Part shown: positions 1 through 12,589 of the stretch, one piece after another
Layout of the letters: each line of letters begins with the position of its first letter
Position numbering within the stretch: the first letter of the stretch is position 1
NCBI RefSeq assembly: GCF_006345805.1
Contig: NC_043007.1
Location: forward strand, 29,326,001 to 29,390,000
Reading direction: 5' to 3'
Length of the DNA stretch: 64,000 nt
DNA from: Octopus sinensis
Taxonomy: Eukaryota
Made by a program: the position numbers and the translations under genes
Notes under the pieces: model-generated
The model's input: the letters and a program-made list of their open reading frames with translations, nothing else
The model's database searches: none
Told to the model about the DNA's origin: nothing

Positions 1-384
1 TTGTATCATTTGAAACTAATCATGTGCACACTCCTCCTCCTCCTCCTCCTCCTCCTCATCATCATCATCATCATCATTTAACTTCTACTCTTCCATGTTT
101 GCCTGAGTTTGGTGGAGTTTACCAAAGTTGACTTTCTGCAGCTGGATCTCCTTCCTGCCCCCAACCTTTGCAAGCTAATATTTGCTGCCCCTTTGGTTAG
201 ACCTGTTCTCGGGGAATATTGGAAAGGAATGACAAGACAACAAGGCACAAACACACACACACACACACTATCAGTCTGTCTGTTTGTCTTTTGTGTGTGT
301 CTCTCTCTCTCTTTTTCCAACAAATTTCACCATGAGTTCTCTCTCTCTCTCCTCTAATTCACACTTTCTCTTTCTCACCTTCAG

Positions 385-516
385 CCTGTTATTACCTGTA
401 TGAATACATTAAACAAGTCCTCCAGTGATGAAGATGCTGTCAGTTGTCTTGTTATTGGGACTGAGAACAAGACTATCACTATTCTAGATCCAGCTGCTTT
501 TACTGTACTCAAAACG
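385..516 (+). CDS. BBS1: BBS1 coding exon (first in window; 132 nt, phase 0/0)
   Basis: ttcag| acceptor, |gtaagt donor. Translates [44 protein letters not shown], matching human BBS1 as recalled (...[15 protein letters not shown]...LDP). Confidence 0.95.
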
Positions 517-807
517 GTAAGTCTTCAGCATTTCTATTATTATTATCATTATCATCATCATCATTATTATTATTATTACTATTCAGTAGTCTTATTTTTA
601 TAACGTGCTTTCACTGCACTGCCGAATGCAGCTCTGTGTGCCTTGGGTATCTGCTGTGGTTTGTTGTGATGCTCTGATGGTTACTCTATTGAAAGTGTTT
701 TATGTGGGATGTGTGTGGTGCCTAGTAGTGTTATTTTCTCTTTGTTATTTATACTTGTTTGTCCTGGTGTTTTTGTTATGCATTTGTCTGAATATTTTAT
801 TATTATT

Positions 808-1360
808 GAGTGAGAGAGCAGTGCATACCATCAAAGTGACACTGGGGTAAAATATATGAAGCCCAGTATACTTATCACGGCTACTCGTCTGATAAGGGTA
901 CACCAAGCACATGCATCACAACCATATGTGCGTGACATAGTAATATCAAGATAAATAGAGCATGGCCTTGAAGGTGGGGTCCAGTTCGAATTTTCTTCAG
1001 GTTGTGTAGCCCATTCCATTCAAAAGGTCCCTGAATAAGGATTGTTTAAGGATATTGAATGAAACACCTATGTTTCCAGAGGTGAATTCTTCAAACCCCA
1101 AAGAATCCCTCTCAACACATGGCTATGATGCTCCCCCACTACTTCTGCTCATGATCAGAGATGCACATATCGTCAGCCACTAAGGGACATGGTCAACTGG
1201 TTAAGGTCAAACAACTGACAAGCAAATCTGTGGTATTGAGCAGAATATTTGCTGTAGTCCATCTTTTATACCAACACAAAACAATGTACATGATAACACT
1301 TCCAATCAGTTAAGATCAGAAGCCACGAGAGCCACTGCCTGGTACTGCATTGGGGCATTT
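808..1360 (-). mobile_element. About 550-bp non-autonomous (TAA)n-inserted element, full copy
   Basis: Closely similar to 23210-23757, 56582-57041 and 42999-43200. Ends ...GCACTGCTCTCTCACTC followed by (AAT)n; no coding capacity. Confidence 0.85.
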
Positions 1361-1474
1361 ATCATCATCATCATCATCATCGTTGTTGTTGTTGTTGTCT
1401 AAAACAGGTATTGTTTTAGTCTGATTCTTCTTCTTATTATTATTATGAACATCATCATCATCATCAGAGTAGTG

Positions 1475-1650
1475 AAAGGTGGTGAGCTGGCAGAATGGTT
1501 AGGATGCCAGGCAGAATGCTATGTGGAATTTTATCTGTCTTTACATTCTGAGTTCAAATTCCATCAAGGTTAACTTTACTTCTCATCCTTTTGGGGTTGT
1601 TAAAATAAGTACCAGTTGAGCCTTGGGGATAATGAAATCAATTTAATTCC
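1475..1650 (+). mobile_element. tRNA-headed SINE family B (resembles the Meta-domain type as recalled)
   Basis: ggtgagctggcagaa...gagttcaaattcc...ctttactt(c)tcatccttttggggt..aaaataagtaccag. Further copies on - at about 11690-11870, 25815-26020, 32475-32700, 56215-56430 and 61620-61820. Confidence 0.75.
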
Positions 1651-1801
1651 TTCCCTGCCAAAATAAGAAAGGATTATTAAGATAGTGAGCTGGCAGAACT
1701 TTTGGAATAATGAAAACCAAATCCCAAAACGAAATATATATATATATGGAATGCAGATGTTCAACGATGGTCATGATGATATATGTATATTATTTATACC
1801 A

Positions 1802-1853
<52 letters not shown>

Positions 1854-2100
1854 ATATATACTTATTTATACACACGTGTATGAGCATGCATGTATATGTT
1901 TGTGTGTGTGAACTGGTGACAATGTTTACAGTTTATGTTAACGTTATGACTGTGGTGATGGTGGTGGTGGTGTTCATGATGATGATGATAATAGTTGTAA
2001 TGATGATGATGCTAGTTTGAGTCACATGAACCTTTAATTCCTGTATTTCCCCTAATGTTCTTGGAATCCCAGTAACACCTATTCTTGCTGTTGTCTACAG

Positions 2101-2207
2101 ATGAAAGTGCCCAGTGTCCCCGTCTTTCTGATTGTGACAGGAATGTTTGATGTTGAATATAAAATCATTGCTTCGTGCCGAGACGGAAAGATTTACATCT
2201 TCAAAAG
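2101..2207 (+). CDS. BBS1: BBS1 coding exon (107 nt, phase 0/2)
   Basis: ctacag| and |gttgga. Translates MKVPSVPVFLIVTGMFDVEYKIIASCRDGKIYIFK(R); frame joins both neighbours. Confidence 0.95.
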
Positions 2208-2269
2208 GTTGGAACGACTTTCAAAGCTGCCTTTCCACGTTTTCTTTTGCATCTCTACACACTCTCTTT

Positions 2270-2498
2270 ACTCTTTTACTCTTTTACTTGTTTCAATCAT
2301 TTGACTGTGGCCATGCTGGAGCACCGCTTTAGTCGAGCAAATCAACCCTGGGATTTATTCTTTGGAAGCCTAGTACCTATTCTATCGGTCTGTTTTGCTG
2401 AACTGCTAAGTTATGGGGATGTAAACACACCAGCATCGGTTGTCAAGCGATGTTGGGGGGACAAACACAAACACACAAACATATACACACACATACAC

Positions 2499-2530
<32 letters not shown>

Positions 2531-2667
2531 GACGGGCTTCTTTCAGTTTCCGTCTATGAAATCCACTCACAAGGCTTTAGTCGGCCCGAGGCTATAGCAG
2601 AAGACACTGAACCCAGAACCATGCGGTTGGTAAGCAAGCTACTTACCACACAGCCACTCCTGTGCCT
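2270..2667 (-). mobile_element. tRNA-headed SINE with internal microsatellite (family A)
   Basis: Minus strand: AGGAGTGGCTGTGTGGTAAGTAGC (A-box-like)...GGGTTCAGT (B-box-like), central (TA)/(CA) tract, tail GTAAAAGAGTAAAAGAG. At least 8 copies in the window; a further 3'-half copy follows at about 2690-2890. Confidence 0.85.
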
Positions 2668-2990
2668 CTATGTTACATTTGTATATCTTTATCTTTGCGT
2701 TGTTCGACTGAGGCCATGCTGGGGCACCACCTTCAAAGGTTTTCTCAAACAAATCAATCCCAGTGCTTATGTCTTTCTCCTAAGTGTGGTACTTATTCTG
2801 TCAGTGTCTTTTTGCCAAACCGCTAAGTTACTGGGATGGAAACAACTCAACACTGGTTGTCAAGCGGTGATGGCAAACAAACATAAACATTGAGACACAC
2901 ACGCATACACGCAGATATACATGCACACACACACATGTGTATGTGTTTGTGTGTATGTATATATATATCATCATCATCATCATCATGGTA

Positions 2991-3185
2991 AAGACTATTT
3001 GCCAACATAATGTAGCAGTCCTGATTAGGATGAATGTTACTGTTATTTAGCCCCAGGAAACATTGTTTCCTTCTGGCTATTGACGCACTGTGTCGATTGC
3101 CAGCTGGAGACAATGTTTCCTGGGGTTAAATAACAATAACATTCGTCCTAATCAGGACTGCCACATTATGTTGGCCAATAATCTT
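2991..3185. mobile_element. Foldback MITE, 80-bp arms (2991-3070 / 3106-3185)
   Basis: Arms about 90% complementary by eye; same family as 49552-49760. Confidence 0.85.
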
Positions 3186-3516
3186 TGCTCTAGAGTACTG
3201 TTACTAAATGTTTCTCGTTCAGAGATTTAGAAATAATAATTTCTCTCTCTCTAAATATATATATATCTGCAGTGTATATATTTACTCTGTAAATACAAAA
3301 TAGTTTACAAATCAAAATCAATTATTTTTTTCATGTTCTGCTTTGTAATCTTTTCCTCTGCCATTGTAGACCTTCAATATTTCCCCCTGATTTCATAATT
3401 ATTTCATTGCAAAAAGACAGAAGTTTGCTCTTTTACACCAATTCATACAAATGTTTAAATTTTCATTGATTAAAGCAGAATTTCTATCTCACTAAATGTT
3501 TTCTTTCTCTCTCCAG

Positions 3517-3637
3517 AGTGAACGTTGTCCCCAAACTGTGCATAGAGTTGAGCTCACAACCTGTTGGTATGATTCGAGTTAACAAGAACATAGTCGTTGG
3601 TTGCATGGACGAAACACTGCAGTGTATTTCTGATAAG
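3517..3637 (+). CDS. BBS1: BBS1 coding exon (121 nt, phase 2/0)
   Basis: ctctccag| and |gtgcgt. Translates VNVVPKLCIELSSQPVGMIRVNKNIVVGCMDETLQCISDK. Confidence 0.95.
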
Positions 3638-3744
3638 GTGCGTATCTGGTGTTTGAACTCCAGAAGAAGATTTACACTTTTGTCACACATGGACACACAT
3701 GCATAATATGTGTGTGTGTGTGTGTGTGTGTGTGGTAATATTTA

Positions 3745-3955
3745 CAGTGAGAATGAGTGCTCAACACCATATTGGTGGACAAATATTATTTATTTTGTAG
3801 TTTAACAGGGCTACCAATGGTTTCAAGTAAAGAGGAATCTCTTAACCATTATCAAACCTGCCGAAGTACCAATGTTCCCATGTGGCAGGCTTGACAATTA
3901 TAGAGAGATTCCTCTTTATATGAAACCATTTGTAGCTTCGTTAACCTCCAAATAA

Positions 3956-3992
<37 letters not shown>

Positions 3993-4735
3993 GCATACAC
4001 ATATACATACATATACATACACACACACATATACACCAGTTTATATATATATTTATATAGTAATATATATTGATATATTTGTGTGATGGGGAAGCTGAGA
4101 TGAATGGAAGAAAGAAGAAAGGCAGATGGGTGTGAGGTGGGTGTGACAGTAGAAACAGGGATTAAAATTAGAAGGTAGTAGAGGGAATGAGAAAATGATG
4201 AATAGTAATGGGGATGAGGGTGTCAGTGATAAGAGTGACTGCTGGGTGTCAGTAGCAACTGGCCTGGGGAAAAGTGAGTGATGACTGGCAGTATAGAAAA
4301 GGAAATATTGGTATGAATACAGATGTGTTACAATCCTCTATACATAGGTGTCATGACGAGTAAGAAAAGTAGAGGTAATGAGGATGGGGGTGGGGTGAAT
4401 GTTGGAAAGAGGGAGTTAGGTGCAGTGATGCTGGAAGCATGCTAAGGTAAGTAGGATAGACCTTGTGCGATTCTTAGTCTCAAAGTAGCAGAGTGCAGTG
4501 ACAGTGGTGGAGAGATGAGTGATAGAAGCATGATTGATAAAGATAAGACTGATGGAGAGAGGAGAGGAGGAGGTAAAACAGAAAATGAAGACATCCCAAA
4601 AAGGAGGTGAGTTTTAAGTGGACCACTTGAAGAATTGTAGCTGTCCTTTTCACATGAAACCATTGGTAGCTTTGTTAACCTACAAATAAAGAATATTTAT
4701 TCACCAAAAGCAGTGTTGAGCACTCATTCTCACTG
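3745..4735. mobile_element. Tc1/mariner-like MITE with 23-bp terminal inverted repeats
   Basis: CAGTGAGAATGAGTGCTCAACAC at 3745 and its exact reverse complement ending at 4735. TA on the left flank, TT on the right. Confidence 0.65.
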
Positions 4736-4769
4736 TTTGACACTACTGTATATATATATATTATTGATA

Positions 4770-5110
4770 TGTAACTTTAAGATCCAAGGATCCAAGCGTA
4801 GGAAGTTTGTAAGCTTTGAGCAGTCTGAGGTAAGTATCAAGAACAACTTTCAGGAACAATAATAGTTTATTGGCGTCTGAAGGTTGTAGGAGGTCGATAA
4901 GCTGAAAGGAGTTTTAAATCATATCTCTGGAGAGTTAACTTGAGATTCCTTGATGACAGTTTGACCTTCATTGAACTAAGGTATCTTCAGCCTGATGAGT
5001 AGCTAGTGGAGTACCCCTCATTGATTAATTACTACTTCTGAGGTTCTGCTATGAAACATATGTAGCCTGGATTTTACCTGCTGCTCCATTCCCACAATTT
5101 GGCTTAAACG
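4770..5110 (+). mobile_element. Penelope-like terminal (pLTR-type) fragment
   Basis: Carries the CCTGATGAG...GAAAC hammerhead signature typical of Penelope-like elements; coding similarity is ambiguous. Confidence 0.45.
4986..5071 (+). ncRNA. Type I hammerhead ribozyme motif (partly degenerate) in a Penelope-like fragment
   Basis: CUGAUGA 4992-4998; stem II GUAGC/GCUAU; GAAAC 5053-5057; palindromic stem III ACAUAUGU; GUA 5062-5064. Stem I needs a bulged C. Confidence 0.55.
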
Positions 5111-7433
5111 TATATCATCATCATCACTAACATCCGAGTTCCATGCTGACATGGGTTGGATGGTTTTGAGAAGAGGGCGATGAACTGGAAGACACTGCCA
5201 AACACCAAAGTATGCTTTGGTGTGGTTCCTACAGCTGGATGCCCTCGCAGAGTGTGGACTGGGTGCTTTTTATGTGACACTGGTACCAGTGGGGTCATCA
5301 GATAACTCGTAAGAGAAGTCCTTTCAACTCTGGAGAGGGAGTATACTGCATGAGGGGACTTTGTGCTCGGTGATGAGGGGCTGGAAGATATGTCTTGTTG
5401 TAGGGGAGATCCATGGTCCCCCCATTTGGGAAAGAAAGAAGATGGTGAGGAATGCCGCTCAGTTGCCATTTTGATCAATTTTAATTTTTGTTTCATTAAT
5501 AAAATGAAATGAGATGCTAATTAAAGAATTGGTTAGAAAATTAAATGAAGGGAACCACCCAATTTTTGGCAAAATACTTGTTACCCAGATTTTAAAGAGA
5601 TTAAAGATATATTGTGTAGGAAAGATAGTCAAAATTCCATATTTTAGCTGATTTGGTTAAAATGATTTGGAAAAATGATCATCAAATATTGAGCCAAGGA
5701 GATGAGGGCAAACCATGCCCTAACATTCCATCTTCTCAACATCTCCCTCTCCCTGTCCACCCATGTCCACCACTTGCTACATTCCCTTCTCCCCTACCCC
5801 CACTCTTCGTTGCGAACCAGTTTACACACTGGGTCCCTGTTGAGTCCCTTCCCCAAAACATAACCTCCTAACGCCCCACTCTCTTTACCTGTGCCTCCTC
5901 CATCTCCCCCCTCCTTTTGTAATCTCATGAATTTACCCACCCACTCCAGTCCCCCACTCCCCTTACATATACCTCCCTGTAACTTGGGTGGACTTCCCCC
6001 TCCATCATATCTTCACCATCTTATTTGTCTCCTCTCCCTTTCCCCCTCAGGTAGCCACATCTCTCCCTCTACTGCTACACCTTTATTCCTGACCCTCTAT
6101 TCATACTCTCCAACCTCTCATTACCTGGCACAAAGCTATGCCCTTCACTACTATCCCCCGCTCAGTTGGGGTGGGGGGTCTTTGCTTTACAAGTCACTTG
6201 GTGACCTCACAGCTGTTGGTGCCATGAAAAACAGTCCCCAGTTATATTCTGTGAAGTGGTTGGCATTAGGAAGGGCATCCAAGCATAGAAACCATGCCAA
6301 AGCCGACAGTAGGGCTTGGTGCAGTCTTCTGACTTGCTGGTTCCTGTCAAACCATCCAACCCATGCCAGCGTGGAAGGAGAATGCTAAATGATGAGGATG
6401 AGGAGGAGGAGGAGGAGGAGGAGTGTGCACATGATTAGTTTCAAATGATACAAAATGCAATGACAACTTCTAAAGAATGTTGGAACTTGTTTTTGTGCCA
6501 ATTCAGTTATTCTTGGACAGACAGATTCGAAATGGTAAAGATTGGTTTTGTGCAAGTTTTCGCTGCTAATTCTATCACATCAAATGACCAACCACAGAGA
6601 AAGTCCATCTTTTGGATTGATAAGGAGAATGGGTTTTTTTTTTTTTTACTTTTTTTCTCCTTTTTTTTTGTCTGTTGTGTATGAAAACTAAATTTATGAA
6701 ACACTTCACAAGGTTAAGAACGATGCCGTTCATAGTTCTTTAACTCTTTTACAGTCTTTGGTATTTTTAATATTTCTATATTATTGTGTCAACTGTTGAA
6801 GAAAGATTCCTGAACTCTTCTCCTGTTGCTGCTGCTGCTGTATGGCGCTGGCATTTCTCATTCTCTTTTACTGATCTTCCAATTTTAGTTTTACTTTAAA
6901 TATGAAATTTTAATGTTAGGAAAAAAAAAAAGAAGAGAAATTATTTAGCATTCCTTTTGTTTTTGATAATTTACACCTGTTGCATTCCATTCACTTTGCA
7001 TATGTGCATTTCCTACGGCACCTTTTTCTTTTTTGCTTTCAGTTCTCTGCAGCTATTCAAAGACTCCGAAAGCAAATTGATTCTTTGTTTTACGTTCCAC
7101 TATAAAATGTTGTCAGAGAAGCAGTTTTTTTTTAGCATTTTCATTTTTCTTTGTTTTTATTGATTTATTTCTGGCAAAAATGTTTGGGTTTTCCTGAGTA
7201 TTGTTGAATAATTTCCAATACATTTAATATATATTTGTGTGCGTGTGTAATTATATATATAATTACACACACACACACACCCACACTCACATCTTGTTTA
7301 ATAATTTTGCTTCCCAACCACACAATTTCAAGTTCAGTTCCACTTTGTGGTGTCTTCAGCCTCTTCTAATATCACATCTTGCTGACCAAAGCTTTGTGAG
7401 TTGCTTTGGTTGATGGAAGCCGAAAGAAGCTGT

Positions 7434-7486
<53 letters not shown>

Positions 7487-7519
7487 ATGTATATATATAA
7501 TATATCGAAATTGAACCAA

Positions 7520-7810
7520 TCCTATGACTGGCACCCGGCAGATGCCAAGACCCCTGGACTGGTGGTACGTAAATTGCACCAATCCGACCGTGGCCGTTGC
7601 CAGCCTCGCCTGGCACCTGTGCGGGTGGCACGTAAAAAGCACCCACTACACTCACGGAGTGGTTGGCGTTAGGAAGGGCATCCAGCTGTAGAAACACTGC
7701 CAGACCAGACTGGAGCCTGGTGCAGCCTTCTGGCTTCCCAGATCCCCGGTCGAACCGTCCAACCCATGCCAGCAAGGAAAACGGATGTTAAACGATGATG
7801 ATGATGATGA
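7520..7810 (+). mobile_element. RTE-tailed short element (family C) ending in (GAT)n
   Basis: ..ggttggcgttaggaagggcatcc...aacccatgccagc...gttaaacgatgatgat. Other copies at about 60-190, 5115-5320, 6160-6400, 10090-10340, 12912-13060, 13950-14165, 15255-15345 and 16205-16730. Confidence 0.8.
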
Positions 7811-8054
7811 TGATATATATATATATATGGAAAGCAAAGTTATTTTATTCCACACAGGTAGAGATGTAGGAAAAAATGAAAGTTAAAGATGCAGAATAAG
7901 GTTGATGCAGGTCCTGCAACTGTGGCAGACGTATTTTTTTTACTGTTCACGTAGGAATTGTGGAAGGTAATTTAGCATTTGTGAGGAATTTTTTGAGGGA
8001 CTTTGATTGTCTTTTACTTTTGATTATTTTGTGTATTTTGAATGCTTGTTTCAT

Positions 8055-8390
8055 TGGACATATTTACAAAGTCAGAAAACAGCACAACTCCCATGACTTT
8101 TGGAAACATTTTTTCACGCTGAGAGTTGCTGAAGCATGGAACAAACTGCCGACATCAGTTGTTAGTTGTCGGAGCACTGCATCCTTCAAAACTTCCATGC
8201 TTTCTGAGATTTACCAACACTACACCTGATTTTCTCCCCTCCATACACACACAAGCATGTATCTGACTCATACATTGTTCGCTTTCCAGACATTTCTACA
8301 TTACTGCATATACTCTATACACATTTTCTGACAAGTTGTGGTGCACCTGAGCACTGTATACAATAATTTCATTATTATTATCATTCTTGG
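8055..8390 (+). mobile_element. CR1-clade LINE 3' end
   Basis: GHIYKVRKQH...KHFFTLRVAEAWNKLPTSVVSC..TASFK, then 3' UTR and (ATT)n tail. Confidence 0.85.
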
Positions 8391-8990
8391 GTTTTGTTTT
8401 AGTAGTGGGATGTTCTGGTGGATAATATTGTCAACCTCTGTGTTTCTTAGGGTGTGTGTTGTAATAAAGGGTAGATTATTTGATGTATCTGGAGTGGTTT
8501 TCATAGTTCTTCGATATTTATTGCTTTGGCACATTCTATTCCATTGTCTATTAACATTAATGGATATTGTCTTTTAAATAGGACTTGTTTTAGTTTCTGG
8601 AGTCTTATATTGCGAATTTCAGGGTTTGAAACAAACCCAGTTGATTGGTGAGTGAATGTTTGATAATCAGTTGGATGGTTGGGGTAAACATATGTATAGG
8701 CTATAGTCATGTGTGGTGTACAGTGTTTGGTGTTACCCTGTTGGAGTAGTTGCTAGTTGTGGAGGTTCAATTTCAGCTCTGTTCTAATGATGAAGAAATG
8801 ATTAATGAGTGCCAAGTCAAGCAATTTGGTGAGTGTTGTCAGTGGAGAGGGTCTTTGTGTGTTGGTGGTTTGTGTTGTGATTGAACCTGTGATGCCTTGA
8901 AGAGAAGCTAGATTGCCATTTGGTGATATTTGTTCAGCAACAGCCAAGCGCACATAAACAGCAAATCCATGTTAGATAAATAGTCATAAA
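8390..8990 (-). mobile_element. Penelope-like element RT/thumb fragment
   Basis: RLQKLKQVLFKRQYPLMLIDNGIECAKAINIEELR..LPFITTH..; frameshifted. Confidence 0.7.
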
Positions 8991-10547
8991 AGTGTTACGA
9001 TAACCACGGTAACCGTAAATATATTTGCGTAGATTTAATAATTGACATGTTATGTGGTGTAAAGTCATGGAATCCACTTAAATGCTAATCTGCTGTTTCT
9101 CTTCCATTTCAGTTAAATGCAAATTCATCCAATTCCACTTTTATTTATCTTCCTTTTATGAAAATCTAAAAAAAAAAAAACAATTTATGTATTTTTTGAA
9201 AATTGTTCTATTGCTTAAAAAGTACTTTGGAATTTTGGAAATCATTTTGAGAATTTCATCTAAAATCTGCTTTTATTGAGACACTGATAGGAATTTGCAG
9301 TGAAACGCATCTGAATAAGAAGTGTTATGGATGTAAATATTGCATCAAATTTAGGGTAATAAAAACTGTCAGGATAAACAAATTTCTGCTGATAAATAAT
9401 GGAATATAGAGACCAAATCATGAAAAATGTATTAGCTTAAGTGAAACAACAACAACAACACAGGTAAAAAAAAAAAACCCAACAAAGATAAGAAGTAAAA
9501 ATACTAAAAATGTCGACATTTCGTGGCATTTTCTTTGTCATTTGTTCTTCTATTTACAATGGAATTTTCTGTTGATAAAATTGCAACCCTCCTCACACCA
9601 ATTCACTCCGTTCTTCCTAACTAAACAATGTCTGATCTTTAATAACCCACAATTGCTTATTCAGTGAAGACAACCTATACCAGGGCTGGGTGGGTGGGGC
9701 TACTCTTCTTTTCCTAATTTTGTCTTTTTTTTCTTTCATTGTCATGGCAACAAATTATATTTCCATTACCAAATGCCGACAGTTCTATTGTTAGAGGAAC
9801 AGCATTAGTTAAACACAGTTTTTTTTTCCTCTGCATCTCCTGGCATATGGCATTTCGGTGTGCCATAGAAGCAAGAATTGCAGTTAGTTCTTTGTGGCAC
9901 CAAACTAATCAAAGAAACGTCATGGCAGCTCTTCAGTTGTGTCTTGGCTTTGGTTCCGTCTCTGTTCCAACTGCGTTTTGGGCTTGAGTTGTGTTTGGAC
10001 TTTAACCATGTCCAAACTTCAACAATGCCTGCACTTCGCATTTAGTTGGGCTCCCAACTGTTGCCAGAGACGAGTCTTTGAGATTGTTCATCATCATCAT
10101 CATCATCATCGTTTAACATCTGTTTTCCATGCTGGCATGGGTTGGACAGTTTGACGGGAGCTGTCCAGACTCCACCTGTCTGTGTGGCATGGTTTCTATG
10201 ACTGGACGAGGCCCTTCTGAAATATGTTGGGTGAGAATAGTCATTTGTGACAAATATACCAAGCAGGTTTGGTAGAGTTACCAGTTTGGTTGCTGATGGC
10301 CTGACCCTGGGAATACATTGTATGAGGTTACATGTTACTTGCAGCACTAAGAGTGATCTGACATTTCCTACCTACCTATCTACACACAAACACATACACA
10401 CATGCATGCATGAGTACCAAAGAAAACACAGGAACTCTTGTATTAGGTAGTAGTGTGTGTGTGTGTGTGTGTGTTTCTATAAGTTCTTTGCTTTGATGTC
10501 AAAATGAGACACGAGTTGACTTTTACTATTCTCTTTTGCTATTTCAG

Positions 10548-10776
10548 GGTAAACGTCTCTGGAACATCAAGCTTCCTGCCAGTGTGATGACAATGGAGCT
10601 ATTAGACTACACTGTGAAAGGAGTGTCAGCAGTTTTGGTGGCGCTAAGCAATTGCACGGTGCACATGTACCAGGACAGGCACCTGGTAGACGTCATACAA
10701 ACGCCGGATGTTGTGAACGCTATGAAATTTGGTCGTTTTGGACGAGAAGAAGGCAACCTGATTCTCACTACAAGAA
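10548..10776 (+). CDS. BBS1: BBS1 coding exon (229 nt, phase 0/1)
   Basis: atttcag| and |gtaaat. Translates GKRLWNIKLPASVMTMELL...FGRFGREEGNLILTTR. Confidence 0.95.
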
Positions 10777-12589
10777 GTAAATCTCAAAGCTACTCTGTGG
10801 GATTTTAACTAATTTCTGTATCATTAGTGATTAATGATTGAGGTTAAAGTGATTGACTGAGTATATGGTTGTAGGGTCAGATTTTACTTCTGCAATTGTG
10901 GTATGTCCTTCATTAACCAACTGAGTAACCCTGATTATTTTAGTTTAGAGGAGAAAATAGCCAGGCCTCACCTCCTAACTTCACAGTCAAGTGGTCAGTG
11001 AGGTAAGAAGGGACATCTTCCAGCTGTAAAAACAATGGTGCCAGTAAAAATACCATTTATGGAAAAATAGAAGCAAAAGGAGAATTCAGGAAAAAAAAAA
11101 GATCCATTTCTCTGGAAACATTGAAATGAAATAAAAAATGGCTCTTATTCCTGCAGGAAATGAAAGAGTTTTAATGAATATTAGAGATTAAGAAAATAAG
11201 ATTAGATCAGAAATCTTTGCAAGATTTAAGTTTATTTTCTAAACAAAACTTTATGCTTCTTGAATTTAATTCTTATTATGTGAAGAATATTATAGCCTTT
11301 AGATTTAGAATGGCAAAACTGAAGAATTGATGGCTAAGTCCATCTGGAACTTAGTTCATTCTTCTTCTTCAAGATGCACATATATCATTCCATAATTAAA
11401 GTGGTAAGCTATGATTTGAGCAAGACTTGGTTACTATTTTTAGCAACTCTGACAGCCATGTAGAGACTTCCTCGTTGTGAGTTTAACTCTGCTGGAAATA
11501 ATTCATGTCAGACAATGGAAATGAGGGGTTAGGATATTTAAATTAGTGGAAATTAGGGAGCTGTAGGATAGAAACAATGAGTCTCAGTCGTTAGTCCTTA
11601 ATCTATTAGGCTGACATTAACGAACAATATTGGTCTTGTGTTCCCTGACTAGAGAAGGTATTAATAACAATAATAATAATGGTTTAAAATTTTGGTACAA
11701 GGCCAGCAATTTCAAGGTGGGGTGGGCTAAGTTGATTACATTGACCCCAATATTTATCTGGTACTTATTTTATCAACCCTGAAAGGATGAAAACTAAAAT
11801 TGACTTTGGCAGAATTTGATCTGCCAAGCTTTCTTCTGCCCAGCTTCCTACCAATTCTGCCAGCTCACCGATAATAATTCTGATCAAGTCATGAACAGGA
11901 CATCACCCCCCACCTGATTCCATCTATGGACTTAGACTCTGTTATTTATCTAAGAAAACCATCTCTATATTTGGTAAGATGTGGAATCCATTGAAAGCAG
12001 TTAATCCTTAAAAGTCTTTGGATAAAAGTTAATTCTAGAAAGTTGGTTTGTTGTGAGGAATGACAACATATGGGACACTTGCTTTCTTGTGTTTCCATTA
12101 TTTCAGGATCAAATTGTAGGAGCAGCACTGTTGAGACGTGTACACCAGCCTTCTCCATTTGCAGTGACTGAATGCCAAGGCCATGGGTCACTCTTAATGA
12201 TTTTATCTCTTTATTCTTTGGTGTTTTTGCCTCTGTCTGCCTCCCCCCCCCAGTTGTTTGAAGAATGGTCTTTGCAGTGCCACCAGCTTTTGTTACGTGA
12301 CTATAGCATTATTTTATTCAATGCTGTTCAAAGTGGTACTGGTTACTTTTGCAGATGTGTTTTGTTTGTGGTCTGAGTATACCTAAGTTATGCAAGTAGC
12401 ACCACATTGCCATTGCCTGTATTCCTACACTGGAGGTTGCCCCTGTCCCACATCTCTATAGCAAGATGGACGGTGCCACTGTATACAGAAGTCTGTGCTC
12501 AATGTCTTCAGGATGGTTCTGAGTCTTTCATGACTAATCTTGCTGATGGGAGACCAATTCTGGCATTGACGGAGTTTAGCATTCTTTAA

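Noticed and set aside
1125-1195. Hammerhead-like CUGACGA...GAA in the (TAA)n-inserted element (- strand)
   Set aside because: Pairing stem I forces G at position 17 and A at 16.1, position 15.1 is G, and stem II does not close; it breaks the core consensus.
2560-2667. tRNA genes at SINE heads
   Set aside because: A/B-box-like motifs are present but there is no complete cloverleaf, and each is fused to a repeated SINE body.
12100-12580. Coding-like unique segment in a BBS1 intron (similarly 14380-14720)
   Set aside because: Multiple stops in all frames and no motif I can name; probably old LINE debris, left unannotated.
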